Below are positions 36,152 to 45,975 of a stretch of DNA of 64,000 nt, one piece after another (position 1 is the stretch's first letter; each line of letters opens with the position of its first letter). The translations under genes and the position numbers were made by a program. The DNA lies in contig CAZHOH010000003.1 of the NCBI GenBank assembly GCA_964534185.1, positions 1,955 to 65,954 of the forward strand, in the 5' to 3' direction. This DNA is from Candidatus Woesearchaeota archaeon (GTDB taxonomy: Archaea > Nanobdellota > Nanobdellia > Pacearchaeales > GW2011-AR1). The notes under the pieces were generated by a model. That model searched no databases and had not been told where the DNA came from. It was given only the letters and a program-made list of their open reading frames with translations.

Positions 36152-36752
36152 TTTTTTCTTCCTCTGGTTTTGTTTCTTGTTCGGTTTTTTGTTCTTGTTT
36201 TTCCTCGTATATTTCGTGTTCTTTTGGATCTTCTATCAGTATATGTCTTATTTCACAAATTCCAAGAGGGTATACTTTTTTTAGTATTGGGTTTAGGTGT
36301 TTTTGGAATTTATTGCTCATTATTTCCTGCAAAAGTGCCTCGAAAGTTTTTGTTTTTACATAGTTTGTTATTTCTTGTTTTGCTGTTTCTCTGAGTCCTT
36401 TTCTTACTTTTTTTGAAACTCTTTTTCTTGTTATTAGGAAAGGTTTTATTCTGATTCTGTGGTCTTTGCATTGTGCAAGGAAAGAGTCTTCTACATAGTC
36501 TGTTCCTTTTCTCATCATTCTTCTTAGTTGTGAGGTTTGGATGTAGATTTCTTTTGGAACTGCGATTGTTTTGTCTTCAGAGTCTTGTACTAAGAATTTG
36601 ATTTCAAGTGATTTTCCTTTTAATATATTTGATAAGTCTAGTTTTATTTTTCTGTCTTGGAGTTTTCCTTGTTCTCCGAATAGTTCGATTTCTTTTTTTA
36701 GTAAGGGTATTTGTACTGGGTAAAATTTTTTCTTTTCTTGTGCTTTTGCCAT
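36123..36752 (-). CDS. rps3ae: 30S ribosomal protein S3Ae (eS1)
   Basis: About 200-aa Lys-rich protein with the S3Ae pattern (KKFYPVQIPLL...LKGKSLEIKF...); acidic tail overlaps the ndk start by 29 nt. Confidence 0.8.
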   Translation of the reverse strand: MAKAQEKKKFYPVQIPLLKKEIELFGEQGKLQDRKIKLDLSNILKGKSLEIKFLVQDSEDKTIAVPKEIYIQTSQLRRMMRKGTDYVEDSFLAQCKDHRIRIKPFLITRKRVSKKVRKGLRETAKQEITNYVKTKTFEALLQEIMSNKFQKHLNPILKKVYPLGICEIRHILIEDPKEHEIYEEKQEQKTEQETKPEEEKNDTTNTGVN

Positions 36753-36753
36753 T

Positions 36754-37062
36754 TTATTCTAACATAACTTTGCTTGCGCGTTTTCCTTTTTTAGATTGGT
36801 GTGCTTTTTTGCATACTGAGCATGTGTAGATGAAGACGTTTCTTTTTGTGTTTTTAGTTTTTCTTTTCCATTTTGCGATTGCAGGACGGCTACCTCTTCC
36901 TTTGTTTCCTAAGCCAGGTGTTGTTCCTCTTAATTTCATTCTGATTAATGAGCCTCTTGTAAGTGTTCCTCTTTTTGTACCTGTGGCTAGGAGTTTGATT
37001 TTATGTTCTGTTTTTTTTCTGCAACTTGGGCAGTATCTGTTTGTTGTTTTTGGTTTTTTCAT
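36754..37062 (-). CDS. rpl44e: 50S ribosomal protein L44e (eL42)
   Basis: RYCPSCRKKTEHK ... YTCSVCKKAH zinc ribbon with a basic core. Confidence 0.85.
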   Translation of the reverse strand: MKKPKTTNRYCPSCRKKTEHKIKLLATGTKRGTLTRGSLIRMKLRGTTPGLGNKGRGSRPAIAKWKRKTKNTKRNVFIYTCSVCKKAHQSKKGKRASKVMLE

Positions 37063-37197
37063 TATAAAAAGAACCTAGGTTCTTCTTATCAACATTTCCT
37101 AAAAATGCTGAAAGAATTTCAGTTCATTATTTATTGTATAATTGGACTTGTTTCTTGGTTTAAAAAGGTTTTTATATTATGGTCCGGTAGTTATTCT

Positions 37198-37473
37198 ATG
37201 AGAGTTCGGTTTTTGCGTAAAGGAGAGCAGAGGAAATTTATCGAGGATGTTTTGAAAAGAACTAATTGTCCTTCTTTGAGAGCTTTTGAGCAGTTTGGTT
37301 TTGGGATTAATTATTCTACTATGAAGAATTATTTTTCAGAAGTTTATCTTTTGCCAAAGGATTTGTTTGATAAAATGTGTTATATTGCGCGGGTTGATGG
37401 TGGGGATTTAAAGGTGGAATTTGTGGAGGATAATTGGGGGCGGGTGAGTGGGGGAAAGAAAAGTCGGAAGTGA
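37198..37473 (+). CDS. small hypothetical protein upstream of giant locus
   Basis: ATG 37198 is about 23 nt downstream of tttatatta. MRVRFLRKGEQRKFIEDVLKRTNCPSLRAFEQFG... The track's longer form overlaps the L44e start and is rejected. Confidence 0.45.
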   Translation: MRVRFLRKGEQRKFIEDVLKRTNCPSLRAFEQFGFGINYSTMKNYFSEVYLLPKDLFDKMCYIARVDGGDLKVEFVEDNWGRVSGGKKSRK

Positions 37474-37496
37474 AAATATTTTTTATCCCAATAACA

Positions 37497-37504
37497 TTTA
37501 TATA
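37497..37504 (+). promoter_or_regulatory. TATA box for the giant locus operon
   Basis: tttatata centred about 25 nt upstream of ATG 37526. Confidence 0.5.
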
Positions 37505-37525
37505 CGAGAAATCTTTGTTTGTTTT

Positions 37526-39406
37526 ATGTTTAATAAGAGAGGGCAGATAACTTTATTTGTAATAATAGCAATAGTGATTGTTGCAGGAATTGTTATTGCT
37601 TTTGCTGTGTGGCAAGGGTGGGTTTTTTCTGGGGGTGGAAGTGAATTTGGCGAGGTTTATGATTTTTTTGATAGTTGTGTTGAAACTAAGGTTATGCAAG
37701 GATTGAAAATTGCAGGAAGTCAGGCAGGTTATATTGAAGTGCCTGAGTTTTCTCCTGGAAGTGAGTATGCCCCTTTTTCATCTCAGTTAGATTTTCTTGG
37801 AAATCCTGTTCCTTATTGGTATTATGTTTCTGGTAATGGGGTTGTTAAAGAGCAGGTTCCTTCAAAGACAAGTATTGAAAGGCAGTTGGAAGATTATTTG
37901 GATGAGCAGTTGGAAAATTGTGATTTTTCTTCTTTTAGAGAGGGTGGGAGGGATATTGATTCTGATGCGCCTAGCAGTGATGTTCGGATTTTGGATTCTG
38001 AAGTTAGAGTGAGGGTTGATATGGATTTGGGAGTTATTCAGGGAGAGGATGCTGAGTTAAGAAGAAGTCATGAGGTGAGTGTTGATAGTGATTTTGGTGA
38101 GATGTATGGTATTGCTGTTGAGATTTATGAAAAAGAGGTTGAGGATGCGTTTTTGGAAAATTATGCTATTGATGTGATGTATAATTATGCTCCTGTTACT
38201 GGGAGTGAGCTGAGTTGCAGGCCTTTGACTTGGAATCCTGAAGAGGTTGTTAGTGAGATTAAGGGTGGTTTGAGTGCTAATACTGGTTTTTTGAAAACTG
38301 AGGGAAATTATTATTCTATTGAAAATAAGGAGGAGGAGTATTTTGTTGTTGAGGGGTTGAGTTCTGATATTCCTGTTAATTTTATGTATAATCCGAGCTG
38401 GCCGACGAGAGTTGAGGTTTGGCCTGCTGAAAATGGTTTGCTTGTTGCTGAGCCTGTTGGTTTGGATGAAGGTTTGGGGATTTTAGGTTTTTGTTATGTG
38501 CCTTATCATTTTGTTTATGATATTTACTATCCTACTTTGATTCAGGTGAATAATGGCGAGGAGTTGTTTCAGTTCCCGGTTGCAGTTGTTATTGATAATA
38601 GTGTTCCTAGAGAAGCTATTGCAAGTGTAGGCATTCAGCAAGAGCCTTTGGAGGAGTTGTGTAATTATAGAAATACAGAGTTTGACGTTTATACTTATGA
38701 TAATCAGTTGAGAGATATTGAGGCAGATGTTGATTTTATTTGTTTGAATCAGAGGTGTAATATGGGGAGTACTAGTGTTTCTGGAAGTGATGCTGTTCTT
38801 TCTGTAGAGTTTCCACAGTGTGTGAATGGAAGAGTTGTTGCAAGAGCTGAAGGGTATGTTCCTGGTGAGAAATTTGTTTCAACTAATTCTGAGGGAAGTA
38901 CTGAGATTATTTTGGATAGATTGTATGAAATGGATTTGGAGGTTGTTGTAGGTGGTTTGGATTTGGTTGATAGGGGAGAGGGAGGAGTTGGAGTTATTAC
39001 TTTTGAAAGTGAGAAATATCGGACAAGTGTTGCTTATCCTGAGCAGGAAAGTGTTGAGTTAGCTGAAGGATTGTATAATATTTCTGTTCGAGTTTTTTCA
39101 GGAAGTGATTTGAGGATTCCTGCGAGTTCTCGTCGTGAGTGTGTAGAGGTTCCTGTTGCTGGTTTGTTTGGTGCTTTTGGACAGACAACTGAAGAGTGTT
39201 TTAATGTTGATATTTCTGCGCAGACTTTGGATAATGCTTTGAGTGCTGGTGGAAAGAGAGTTGAGTTTGTTTTAGAAGATGACTTGAGGAATTCGAATAG
39301 TGTGAGGTTGAGTGTTGATTTGTTGCCATCTCCGACGAGTTTGCAGCAGTTGCAACAGAATTTTGAATTAGTTGAAAATCAAAATCTTGGAGTTACCTTT
39401 GAATGA
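37526..39406 (+). CDS. large prepilin-like (class III signal peptide) surface protein, 626 aa
   Basis: MFNKRGQ/ITLFVIIAIVIVAGIVIAFAV. The N-domain (CVETKVMQGLKIAGSQAGYIEVPE) is paralogous to the 45163 gene. The C-terminal part has beta-rich, carboxypeptidase-regulatory-like stretches. Confidence 0.65.
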   Translation: MFNKRGQITLFVIIAIVIVAGIVIAFAVWQGWVFSGGGSEFGEVYDFFDSCVETKVMQGLKIAGSQAGYIEVPEFSPGSEYAPFSSQLDFLGNPVPYWYYVSGNGVVKEQVPSKTSIERQLEDYLDEQLENCDFSSFREGGRDIDSDAPSSDVRILDSEVRVRVDMDLGVIQGEDAELRRSHEVSVDSDFGEMYGIAVEIYEKEVEDAFLENYAIDVMYNYAPVTGSELSCRPLTWNPEEVVSEIKGGLSANTGFLKTEGNYYSIENKEEEYFVVEGLSSDIPVNFMYNPSWPTRVEVWPAENGLLVAEPVGLDEGLGILGFCYVPYHFVYDIYYPTLIQVNNGEELFQFPVAVVIDNSVPREAIASVGIQQEPLEELCNYRNTEFDVYTYDNQLRDIEADVDFICLNQRCNMGSTSVSGSDAVLSVEFPQCVNGRVVARAEGYVPGEKFVSTNSEGSTEIILDRLYEMDLEVVVGGLDLVDRGEGGVGVITFESEKYRTSVAYPEQESVELAEGLYNISVRVFSGSDLRIPASSRRECVEVPVAGLFGAFGQTTEECFNVDISAQTLDNALSAGGKRVEFVLEDDLRNSNSVRLSVDLLPSPTSLQQLQQNFELVENQNLGVTFE

Positions 39407-42400
39407 GAAGAGGGATTTTTGTTTTAGTGTTTTTGATTTTTTTAATTGGAATTGTTAGTGGACAGACTTTTGAAGGTGAGACTCAGAGTCCTGTTTTTGA
39501 GGGTAGTAGAGGAGGGGAGTTTTCTGGAAGTTATGTTTCTTCAAATCCTCAGTATGGAAGTCCTGGTTATACAGGTGTTGGTTTTGATTATAGTGAACAT
39601 AGAGAGGTTTGTCGTGAGAGGCAGGATTTTGTGATACAGGTTGCGCCTGGAGGTTGTTCTCCTGGTGTTGTGAGAAGTGATTTGCTTGCTGAACAGGATG
39701 TTCCTGTTTTTTGTCAGTTGCAGGCGACTATGATTAATCCGACTATTGAAGCTGAGAGGATTAGGGGAATGAGGTTGACTACTCAAGGGCAGAGTCCTGA
39801 AGGTGTTGCAGGGATTTCTTATTATCCTCCTAAGGTTGCTTTGAGACCTAATTCAAGAAGTCAGGGTTTTCCGTCGATAGATAATGTTGGTTATGCTGTT
39901 ATTGTTTTGAATCAAAATCCTGATGAGAGTTCGATGCCTGAATTTGTGTCTGGGAATTTGACTGCAAGAATTGATTATGATGTTCCTTATGGTACAGGGT
40001 TAGGTTTGACTGAGAAAGTTATGCCTGTGTTGAGTGATGAAGAGTGGCAATTGAGGTATAAAGAGTTTGCATTTATGGATGGCAAGGGTTATTTGAGGGT
40101 TGAAGGAATTACAAGTGATAGTGTTCGGATTGGAGTTTATACTGATGTTAATCGTAGGTATGATTCTTTTGTTGTTCGGCGGGGAGGGAGTTCTGGTGAG
40201 AGTTATCTTCCTGGTTTTTACTGCAATGCTGCTTATAGTGTTAGAGTGAGAGATGTTGTTGGGCCGAGGACAAAAGCTGTTATTGAAATTGATAATAATG
40301 AGTTTGAAGGTTATAGGGGTTCGAAGTTTGAAGATGGTTTGAATTGCAGGGTGTTGAATGTTGAAAGTGGGGGGGCTGGGACAGGAAGTGTTAGTTTAAG
40401 TTGTAATGGTAAAAGGGTTGAGCTTAGTTTAGAAAGGAAGGATGTTCAGTTAGAAGTTGAAGGAGTTGTTGGTGAGTTTTCTGTTGGTGATAAAGTTATT
40501 GAAGACCACGATATTTATTTAGGATATAATGGTGTGACTAGGGAAGGTGAAAGTTTTGTTGTTTTAGTTGAGACTGATAATCTTGGGAAGGTTCAGAAAG
40601 AGGTTAATGGTTTTGGGGAGGAGGTTTCTGGAATTAACGATTTGAGTTTAGTTCAGAGTCAGGTTGGTGAGGAATACAATGCTGTTGTTTTATTTGAAGG
40701 AAGTAGTGGGGAGGTTTTTGGTGTTGGTGTTGGAGGTTCTGTTGTTTTAGAAGATAATTATGTTTCTCAGGATTTTCAATTGAATTTTGACGAGGCTGTT
40801 GATACTTATAGATTTGTTAAGAGTGATTATGGGGATTATGAGTATGAGAGGGATTTGATTTATGGGAAGAAGGCTTTGGATGATGCTATTAAGTTATCTT
40901 CTGAAACTGGGCAGTCTTTGACTTTGGATGAGTTGTATGGTGAGTATATTGAGAGCTATGGTTCTTATGCTGGGAATGAGTTAAGTGTTGCTCGGAATTT
41001 TGATACAAGTAATGCTGTTGCGAGTATTAAAGTTGATGGGTATACTCATAATATAAGGTTGAAAGAAATTAGAGAGCCTGATGTTGAAGATAGTAGTGTT
41101 GAGTTTGTTTTGAATAATGAAGTTATTACTTTAGATAAAGAGGATGAGTATTTGATTTCTCCTACTGATAGTGAAGATGGAGATATTATTCAGATGAGAG
41201 AGTTTGGAGAGGATTATGTTTGGTTAGTTGGGGATTGTGAAGGTGATGAAGATAATTTTAGTGAGAGAGTTGGACTAGGTAGAAGTGTTAGTGTTTGTGG
41301 GAATGATGTTTTTGTTAGAGATATTAATTTTAGGCAAGAGGCAGTGATTAGAGTTGATCCTGTGAATAAACATGTTGGAAGTACTGTCAATATTAGTTAT
41401 TCTGTTGGTATTGAGCAGAGAGCGATTCAGTTGTCTCCTGAAAAATCTGTTGCAAGGATTGAAAGATTGAATCAGAGTATTGAGCAGTGGAATAATATTA
41501 ATGAAGGTTTAGGGAAAGTTGTTGAAGGTATGAAGGCGGCTTGTTTTGCAACAAGTGCTGCTTTGCAGGTTAAGAATTTGTTAGGAGGTTTGGCAGGAGA
41601 GGCGATTGCAAGGCAGGAAGTTATGAGGGGGGAGGATGGGTGGAATCAGCTTTGTTCTGAAGCAATGGCTAATGATGGTGTTACAACTGAAAGACTTGAA
41701 AATTTGGGATTGAAGCCTGGGACTTATCAGAGTTTGGATGATTGCTTTAGGCAGAATGCAGAGGCTATTAATTCTGATGTTAATTTTTATACTGATTTGA
41801 TTCAGGAGCATGATGGGAATATTAAGTCGCGTGAAGAGGCAGCTGGTGCTGTTGTTGAGAGTGGTTTGTTTGGAAGTTCTGTTGATACTCAAAGAGCTTT
41901 GAGTTCGCATTTGAGGGAGGTTAAACAAAGGTATAGTGAGGAGGGGGAGCTGAGAGTTGCTGATGCAAAAGGTGTTGAAAAGTCGATTAATGTTGGAGAG
42001 GTTGTTGAAAGTTTGAATGAGGATTTTGTTAATGTTAATGATGTTACAAAAGTTGAGTTGTTGTTAAGGGTTAGGAATAGTGATGCAAATGAAAGGTTGA
42101 AGACGATGGCTGAGAAAGAGTTGTATGGTGAGTTGGAGAGGTTGCAGGAGTATGCTAGGATTAGTGAAGGTAGTCTGGCTGACGAGGTTATTAGAGCTGC
42201 AGGACTGCCTGTTTCTCAGATTGGAATTCATAGTCAGGGCAGGACAACTGATTTTGGTGTTGAGCTTCCTTCTGCTGTTTATTCTGGAAGTAAATTGAAT
42301 TCTGAATGGAAGGGTTTGGAAAGCAATACACCTGTTGAGATTGTTGTTTTAAATGGTGAGAGATATATTGTTAGTCTGCAGGATTATGGTGGGACAAATC

Positions 42401-45126
42401 CTCAGCAAAAGTTTGCTATTGATAGGGTGTTTGATGATGGTGGGATAGAGGTTACTAATGAAGTTAAGGAGCAGATTACTGATGCTTATGGAAGTTATTT
42501 TGTGAAGTTGGATGGTAGTTCTTATAGTAATCCTTATCAGAATCCTGAAGTTCGTTATCATGAGAAAGAGCCTTACAAAGGGATGCCTGCGCTTGTGCCT
42601 TTGGATGTTAGGGATGGATGGTATGCTGGGACTCGTCCTACTATTCCTGCTTTTGGTGAGATAAAGGCGTTTCAAGATAGTGGGATGGTTGCGAGTTTTT
42701 GGTTATGTAATGTTGGGGCGAATGGGCGTGAGGAATTTGAAGGGGGGTTGGGTGATGATATTTGTCAGCAGTTTAATGTTAATACTGGACAGGCTTTGGA
42801 TATTTTTCCTGGACTTCCTCAGGGAGAGGCGAGGCTTTTAGTTGATCAGGCAAGGAAAGCGATTGAAGAGTCTGCGAGCCAGTATGGTTCTGGTGTGAGG
42901 AGGATTAGTATTTTAGGAAGGAATTATAATGTTGGAAATCCTGCGAGTTCTGCACCTGGAACAAGTTGTACTGATTTTATGTCACCTGGCGATTGTCAGA
43001 TTTTGTTTAATACATGTGATCCTGTGATTTGTCCTAGTTCAAGATGTAACCTTGGAGGAAAATATTATGTTGATGATGTTGTTCAGACTGGAATTGTTGG
43101 GGGTGTTTTTATGTGTTTGCCGAATGCAAAAGAAGGAATTGCTATTCCTGTTTGTTTGACTGGAGTTCATGCGGGTGTTGACAATTTTGTTTCTATTTTA
43201 GAAGCTTCGCGAGATTGTTTGCAGGAGAATGTTGAGAGTGGAAGGTATGTTGGAATTTGTGATGAGATAACTGCAATTTATCAGTGTGAGTTTTTCTGGA
43301 GACAGGTTTCTCCTTTGATGAATACTATTTTGCCGAAGCTGTTAGAGAGTGTGACTGGGGGCGGGGTTAGAGGAGGGGGAGAGTATGCAAGTGTTTCTGC
43401 TGCTTGGGGTAATATGCAGAATTCAATTGATTTTTTTAAGAATGAGTATAGTGTGAATGCTTTGAAAGCATTTAATGCGCGTTCTACTGAAGAGGCAGGG
43501 ACTCAAATTTGCAAAGGATTTGTTTCTTTGAAGTATGCTAATGAGTTTAAGACTTTAATTGAGCCTGATTCGCCTGCGCAGTTTTCTGCCTGGTTTGATG
43601 AGATTCCTCAGACAGATGCAACTGTGCCTGCTCGTTCGCAGTATAAAGTTTATTATCATATTTTTGCTGGTAATGATAGAGGAGCTTATTATAGTGTTTA
43701 TTTGAAGAATTCTCCTGGGACTTCGTTTTTCCAAGAGAGTGGAAGGTTTATTGTTAATACTGGTTATATTGGAAAGGGAGAGTATGTTGATGAGGCGCGG
43801 GATTTTGTTGCAGCTTCTGGTTTTCAGGAGTTGTGTGTTCGGGTTAATGAACAGGAAGAGTGCGGGTTTCAGAAAGTTACGACTTCGTTTGCTTTGAATT
43901 ATTTGGCTGATAAGTATGTTGAAGAGCAGGCGACGAATACCCAGATTACTAGTGAGGGGCAGTGTGTTTCAGGGACTCCGAGTGCTTTGCCTTTGGTTAA
44001 TCCTAATTTACAGTCTGGTGTTGAGGAAGCTGTTAATCCGCAGATTTATGCTCGTGGAATTATTAGGATTTGTGCTACTGATAATCCTGGGTTGAATACT
44101 GAGCCTGATAGATGGCAGGATGTTGGTTATTGTGGGGAGCAAAAAATAAGATGTTGGATTGATAGAGAGTCTGTTTCAAATGCAATTACTGACGGACATG
44201 TTGGGGCTGTGGATAAAACTTTGGAAGAATTGGATCAGGCAGTGTTTAATGAAGTTGTTTCTGATAAGATTACTTTGTGGGATAATACTAGAGTGGCTAC
44301 TGAATTGTTTAAGGAGATAAGAGATGCTGAGGGTGAGGAAAGATTGAAGTTGATTAGAGATGCTTATGAGAAGTATATTTTGAGTGATGTTCAGCAGGCA
44401 GAGATTGAGTATTTGAGGGCGGGGGCTTTTGATGCTATTGCGTGGGATGAGTATTTGGAAGTTGGTTTGTCAAAGTTGGATGGAGATATTTTGGATGATA
44501 TTGAGAGTGGAAGAGTTGGGGAGGAAGAAGTTGTTGAGGAAGAAGAGGAAAAGGAGGGTGAGGAGGAAGAACTTGCTGAAGAAGTAATTGAATTTTCTCC
44601 TTATTTTAATGTCCAGTTACCTAATGGGCGTATTCTTACTTCAAATGAAGGGGATGAATTTCAAGGAACAACTTTGATTCAGTTAGCAGAGGATAGTGCT
44701 AGAGATTTTAATGTTAATCCTATTTTAATTTTTTCAATAATTCGTCAGGAGAGTAATTGGGATGATGCTGCAACATCTCCTGATGGTGCTAGAGGTTTGA
44801 TGCAAGTTCTACCCTCAACTGCTAATTCAATTAAAGATGGAGAGTGTAGGGCTTATTGTCCAGATGCTAGGGATTATGATTATAGAACTCCTCGAGGAAG
44901 TTTGTATTATGGAACTTGTTATTTAAAATGTATTTATGATAATCAAGTAAAACGGAATGTAGACTTGACTCTTGCAGCGTATAATTGGGGAATTGGAAAT
45001 GTTCAAAATAATTGTGCTGATTCTTTTAATAGTTGTAGAAATGTTCCTTCTGAAACAGCAAATTATGTTCCAGGTGTTAAAGGATATTATGAGCGTTATT
45101 CTGATTCTCTTTCTGTTTCTGCATAA
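39403..45126 (+). CDS. giant secreted protein (1907 aa) with C-terminal family-1 lytic transglycosylase (SLT) domain
   Basis: Sec-type signal peptide MRRGIFVLVFLIFLIGIVSG/Q; ATGA overlap with the upstream gene. Cys-rich central region (~42960-43400); acidic linker (~44515-44585). SLT motifs IIRQESNW (~44740), GLMQV (~44794), AAYNWG (~44977). Confidence 0.8.
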   Translation: MRRGIFVLVFLIFLIGIVSGQTFEGETQSPVFEGSRGGEFSGSYVSSNPQYGSPGYTGVGFDYSEHREVCRERQDFVIQVAPGGCSPGVVRSDLLAEQDVPVFCQLQATMINPTIEAERIRGMRLTTQGQSPEGVAGISYYPPKVALRPNSRSQGFPSIDNVGYAVIVLNQNPDESSMPEFVSGNLTARIDYDVPYGTGLGLTEKVMPVLSDEEWQLRYKEFAFMDGKGYLRVEGITSDSVRIGVYTDVNRRYDSFVVRRGGSSGESYLPGFYCNAAYSVRVRDVVGPRTKAVIEIDNNEFEGYRGSKFEDGLNCRVLNVESGGAGTGSVSLSCNGKRVELSLERKDVQLEVEGVVGEFSVGDKVIEDHDIYLGYNGVTREGESFVVLVETDNLGKVQKEVNGFGEEVSGINDLSLVQSQVGEEYNAVVLFEGSSGEVFGVGVGGSVVLEDNYVSQDFQLNFDEAVDTYRFVKSDYGDYEYERDLIYGKKALDDAIKLSSETGQSLTLDELYGEYIESYGSYAGNELSVARNFDTSNAVASIKVDGYTHNIRLKEIREPDVEDSSVEFVLNNEVITLDKEDEYLISPTDSEDGDIIQMREFGEDYVWLVGDCEGDEDNFSERVGLGRSVSVCGNDVFVRDINFRQEAVIRVDPVNKHVGSTVNISYSVGIEQRAIQLSPEKSVARIERLNQSIEQWNNINEGLGKVVEGMKAACFATSAALQVKNLLGGLAGEAIARQEVMRGEDGWNQLCSEAMANDGVTTERLENLGLKPGTYQSLDDCFRQNAEAINSDVNFYTDLIQEHDGNIKSREEAAGAVVESGLFGSSVDTQRALSSHLREVKQRYSEEGELRVADAKGVEKSINVGEVVESLNEDFVNVNDVTKVELLLRVRNSDANERLKTMAEKELYGELERLQEYARISEGSLADEVIRAAGLPVSQIGIHSQGRTTDFGVELPSAVYSGSKLNSEWKGLESNTPVEIVVLNGERYIVSLQDYGGTNPQQKFAIDRVFDDGGIEVTNEVKEQITDAYGSYFVKLDGSSYSNPYQNPEVRYHEKEPYKGMPALVPLDVRDGWYAGTRPTIPAFGEIKAFQDSGMVASFWLCNVGANGREEFEGGLGDDICQQFNVNTGQALDIFPGLPQGEARLLVDQARKAIEESASQYGSGVRRISILGRNYNVGNPASSAPGTSCTDFMSPGDCQILFNTCDPVICPSSRCNLGGKYYVDDVVQTGIVGGVFMCLPNAKEGIAIPVCLTGVHAGVDNFVSILEASRDCLQENVESGRYVGICDEITAIYQCEFFWRQVSPLMNTILPKLLESVTGGGVRGGGEYASVSAAWGNMQNSIDFFKNEYSVNALKAFNARSTEEAGTQICKGFVSLKYANEFKTLIEPDSPAQFSAWFDEIPQTDATVPARSQYKVYYHIFAGNDRGAYYSVYLKNSPGTSFFQESGRFIVNTGYIGKGEYVDEARDFVAASGFQELCVRVNEQEECGFQKVTTSFALNYLADKYVEEQATNTQITSEGQCVSGTPSALPLVNPNLQSGVEEAVNPQIYARGIIRICATDNPGLNTEPDRWQDVGYCGEQKIRCWIDRESVSNAITDGHVGAVDKTLEELDQAVFNEVVSDKITLWDNTRVATELFKEIRDAEGEERLKLIRDAYEKYILSDVQQAEIEYLRAGAFDAIAWDEYLEVGLSKLDGDILDDIESGRVGEEEVVEEEEEKEGEEEELAEEVIEFSPYFNVQLPNGRILTSNEGDEFQGTTLIQLAEDSARDFNVNPILIFSIIRQESNWDDAATSPDGARGLMQVLPSTANSIKDGECRAYCPDARDYDYRTPRGSLYYGTCYLKCIYDNQVKRNVDLTLAAYNWGIGNVQNNCADSFNSCRNVPSETANYVPGVKGYYERYSDSLSVSA

Positions 45127-45133
45127 CAATTAA

Positions 45134-45141
45134 TTTATATA
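45134..45141 (+). promoter_or_regulatory. internal TATA box upstream of 45163
   Basis: tttatata centred about 25 nt before ATG 45163. Confidence 0.45.
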
Positions 45142-45162
45142 TTTAAAATTCTAAGGTTATAG

Positions 45163-45975
45163 ATGGAAAAAAGAGGAATACGCGCTTTGACTTTTGTTCA
45201 TGGTGGAATTTTTGCTAAATCAAAACGTGCGCAGATAACGATTTTTATTATAATTGCGGTTGTGATTGTTGCTGGAGTGATTTTGGTTTTTAGTTTGAAT
45301 CCGGGGTTGAGGGAGGGGGTTGGTAAGATTTTATCTGGTGAGGTGTTTTATCCTGATGAAGTTGAGAGAATTGATGGAGAGATTGAGGGTTGTGTTTTGC
45401 AGAGTTTGAATTCTACTTTGAGGATTAATAGTATGCAAGGAGGATATTATTATGTTGATGAAGGGGTTTTGGTTGATGCTGAGTTTTTAGAAGATGTTCA
45501 TAGAGTTCCTTATTATTTGGTTGATAGTGAGAGAGATATTCCGAGTGTGAATGTTCTTGAAGATGAGATTAGTTTTGGTGTTGAGAATGAGATTGAAAAG
45601 TGTTGGGTTGATTATGATAGTGTGGGGTTTGATTTTGATGTTTTAGATGCTGAGTCAAAAGTTGGTGAGGGCTTTGTTGATGTTGTTGTTTCTATCCCTG
45701 TTAGTGTGAATTTTGAAGATGAAGTTTATGTTCTTGATGATTTTGAGGCTAAAGTTGAAAGTGATTATAGGAAGTTGTATGGGTTGGCTGTTGAGGCTAC
45801 GAGTATTCAGGCAGTTCGTGATGATATTTGTTTGAGTTGTTTGAATGAGATTGCGAATGAGAATGAGGTTGTTTTTAGGAATCAGGAATTTGAAGATGGA
45901 AGTTATTATATTGTTTATGAAATTCAGGAAATAAATGGCGAGGAGGTTTGGAAGTTTGCACATGTCAGGACGTAA
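45163..45975 (+). CDS. prepilin-like (class III signal peptide) protein, 270 aa
   Basis: ...KSKRAQ/ITIFIIIAVVIVAGVILVF; the N-domain (CVLQSLNSTLRINSMQGGYYYVDE) resembles that of the 37526 gene. Confidence 0.65.
   Translation: MEKRGIRALTFVHGGIFAKSKRAQITIFIIIAVVIVAGVILVFSLNPGLREGVGKILSGEVFYPDEVERIDGEIEGCVLQSLNSTLRINSMQGGYYYVDEGVLVDAEFLEDVHRVPYYLVDSERDIPSVNVLEDEISFGVENEIEKCWVDYDSVGFDFDVLDAESKVGEGFVDVVVSIPVSVNFEDEVYVLDDFEAKVESDYRKLYGLAVEATSIQAVRDDICLSCLNEIANENEVVFRNQEFEDGSYYIVYEIQEINGEEVWKFAHVRT

Noticed and set aside
37003-37197. Upstream extension of the 37198 gene as drawn in the track (156 aa).
   Set aside because: The extension overlaps the L44e start on the opposite strand and precedes the TATA box. 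The hydrophobic F/C/W-rich translation looks non-coding.
44515-44585. GAA/GAG-rich stretch as a microsatellite or slippage hotspot.
   Set aside because: It is imperfect and in frame, encoding an acidic linker (EEEVVEEEEEKEGEEEELAEE) within the 1907-aa ORF.
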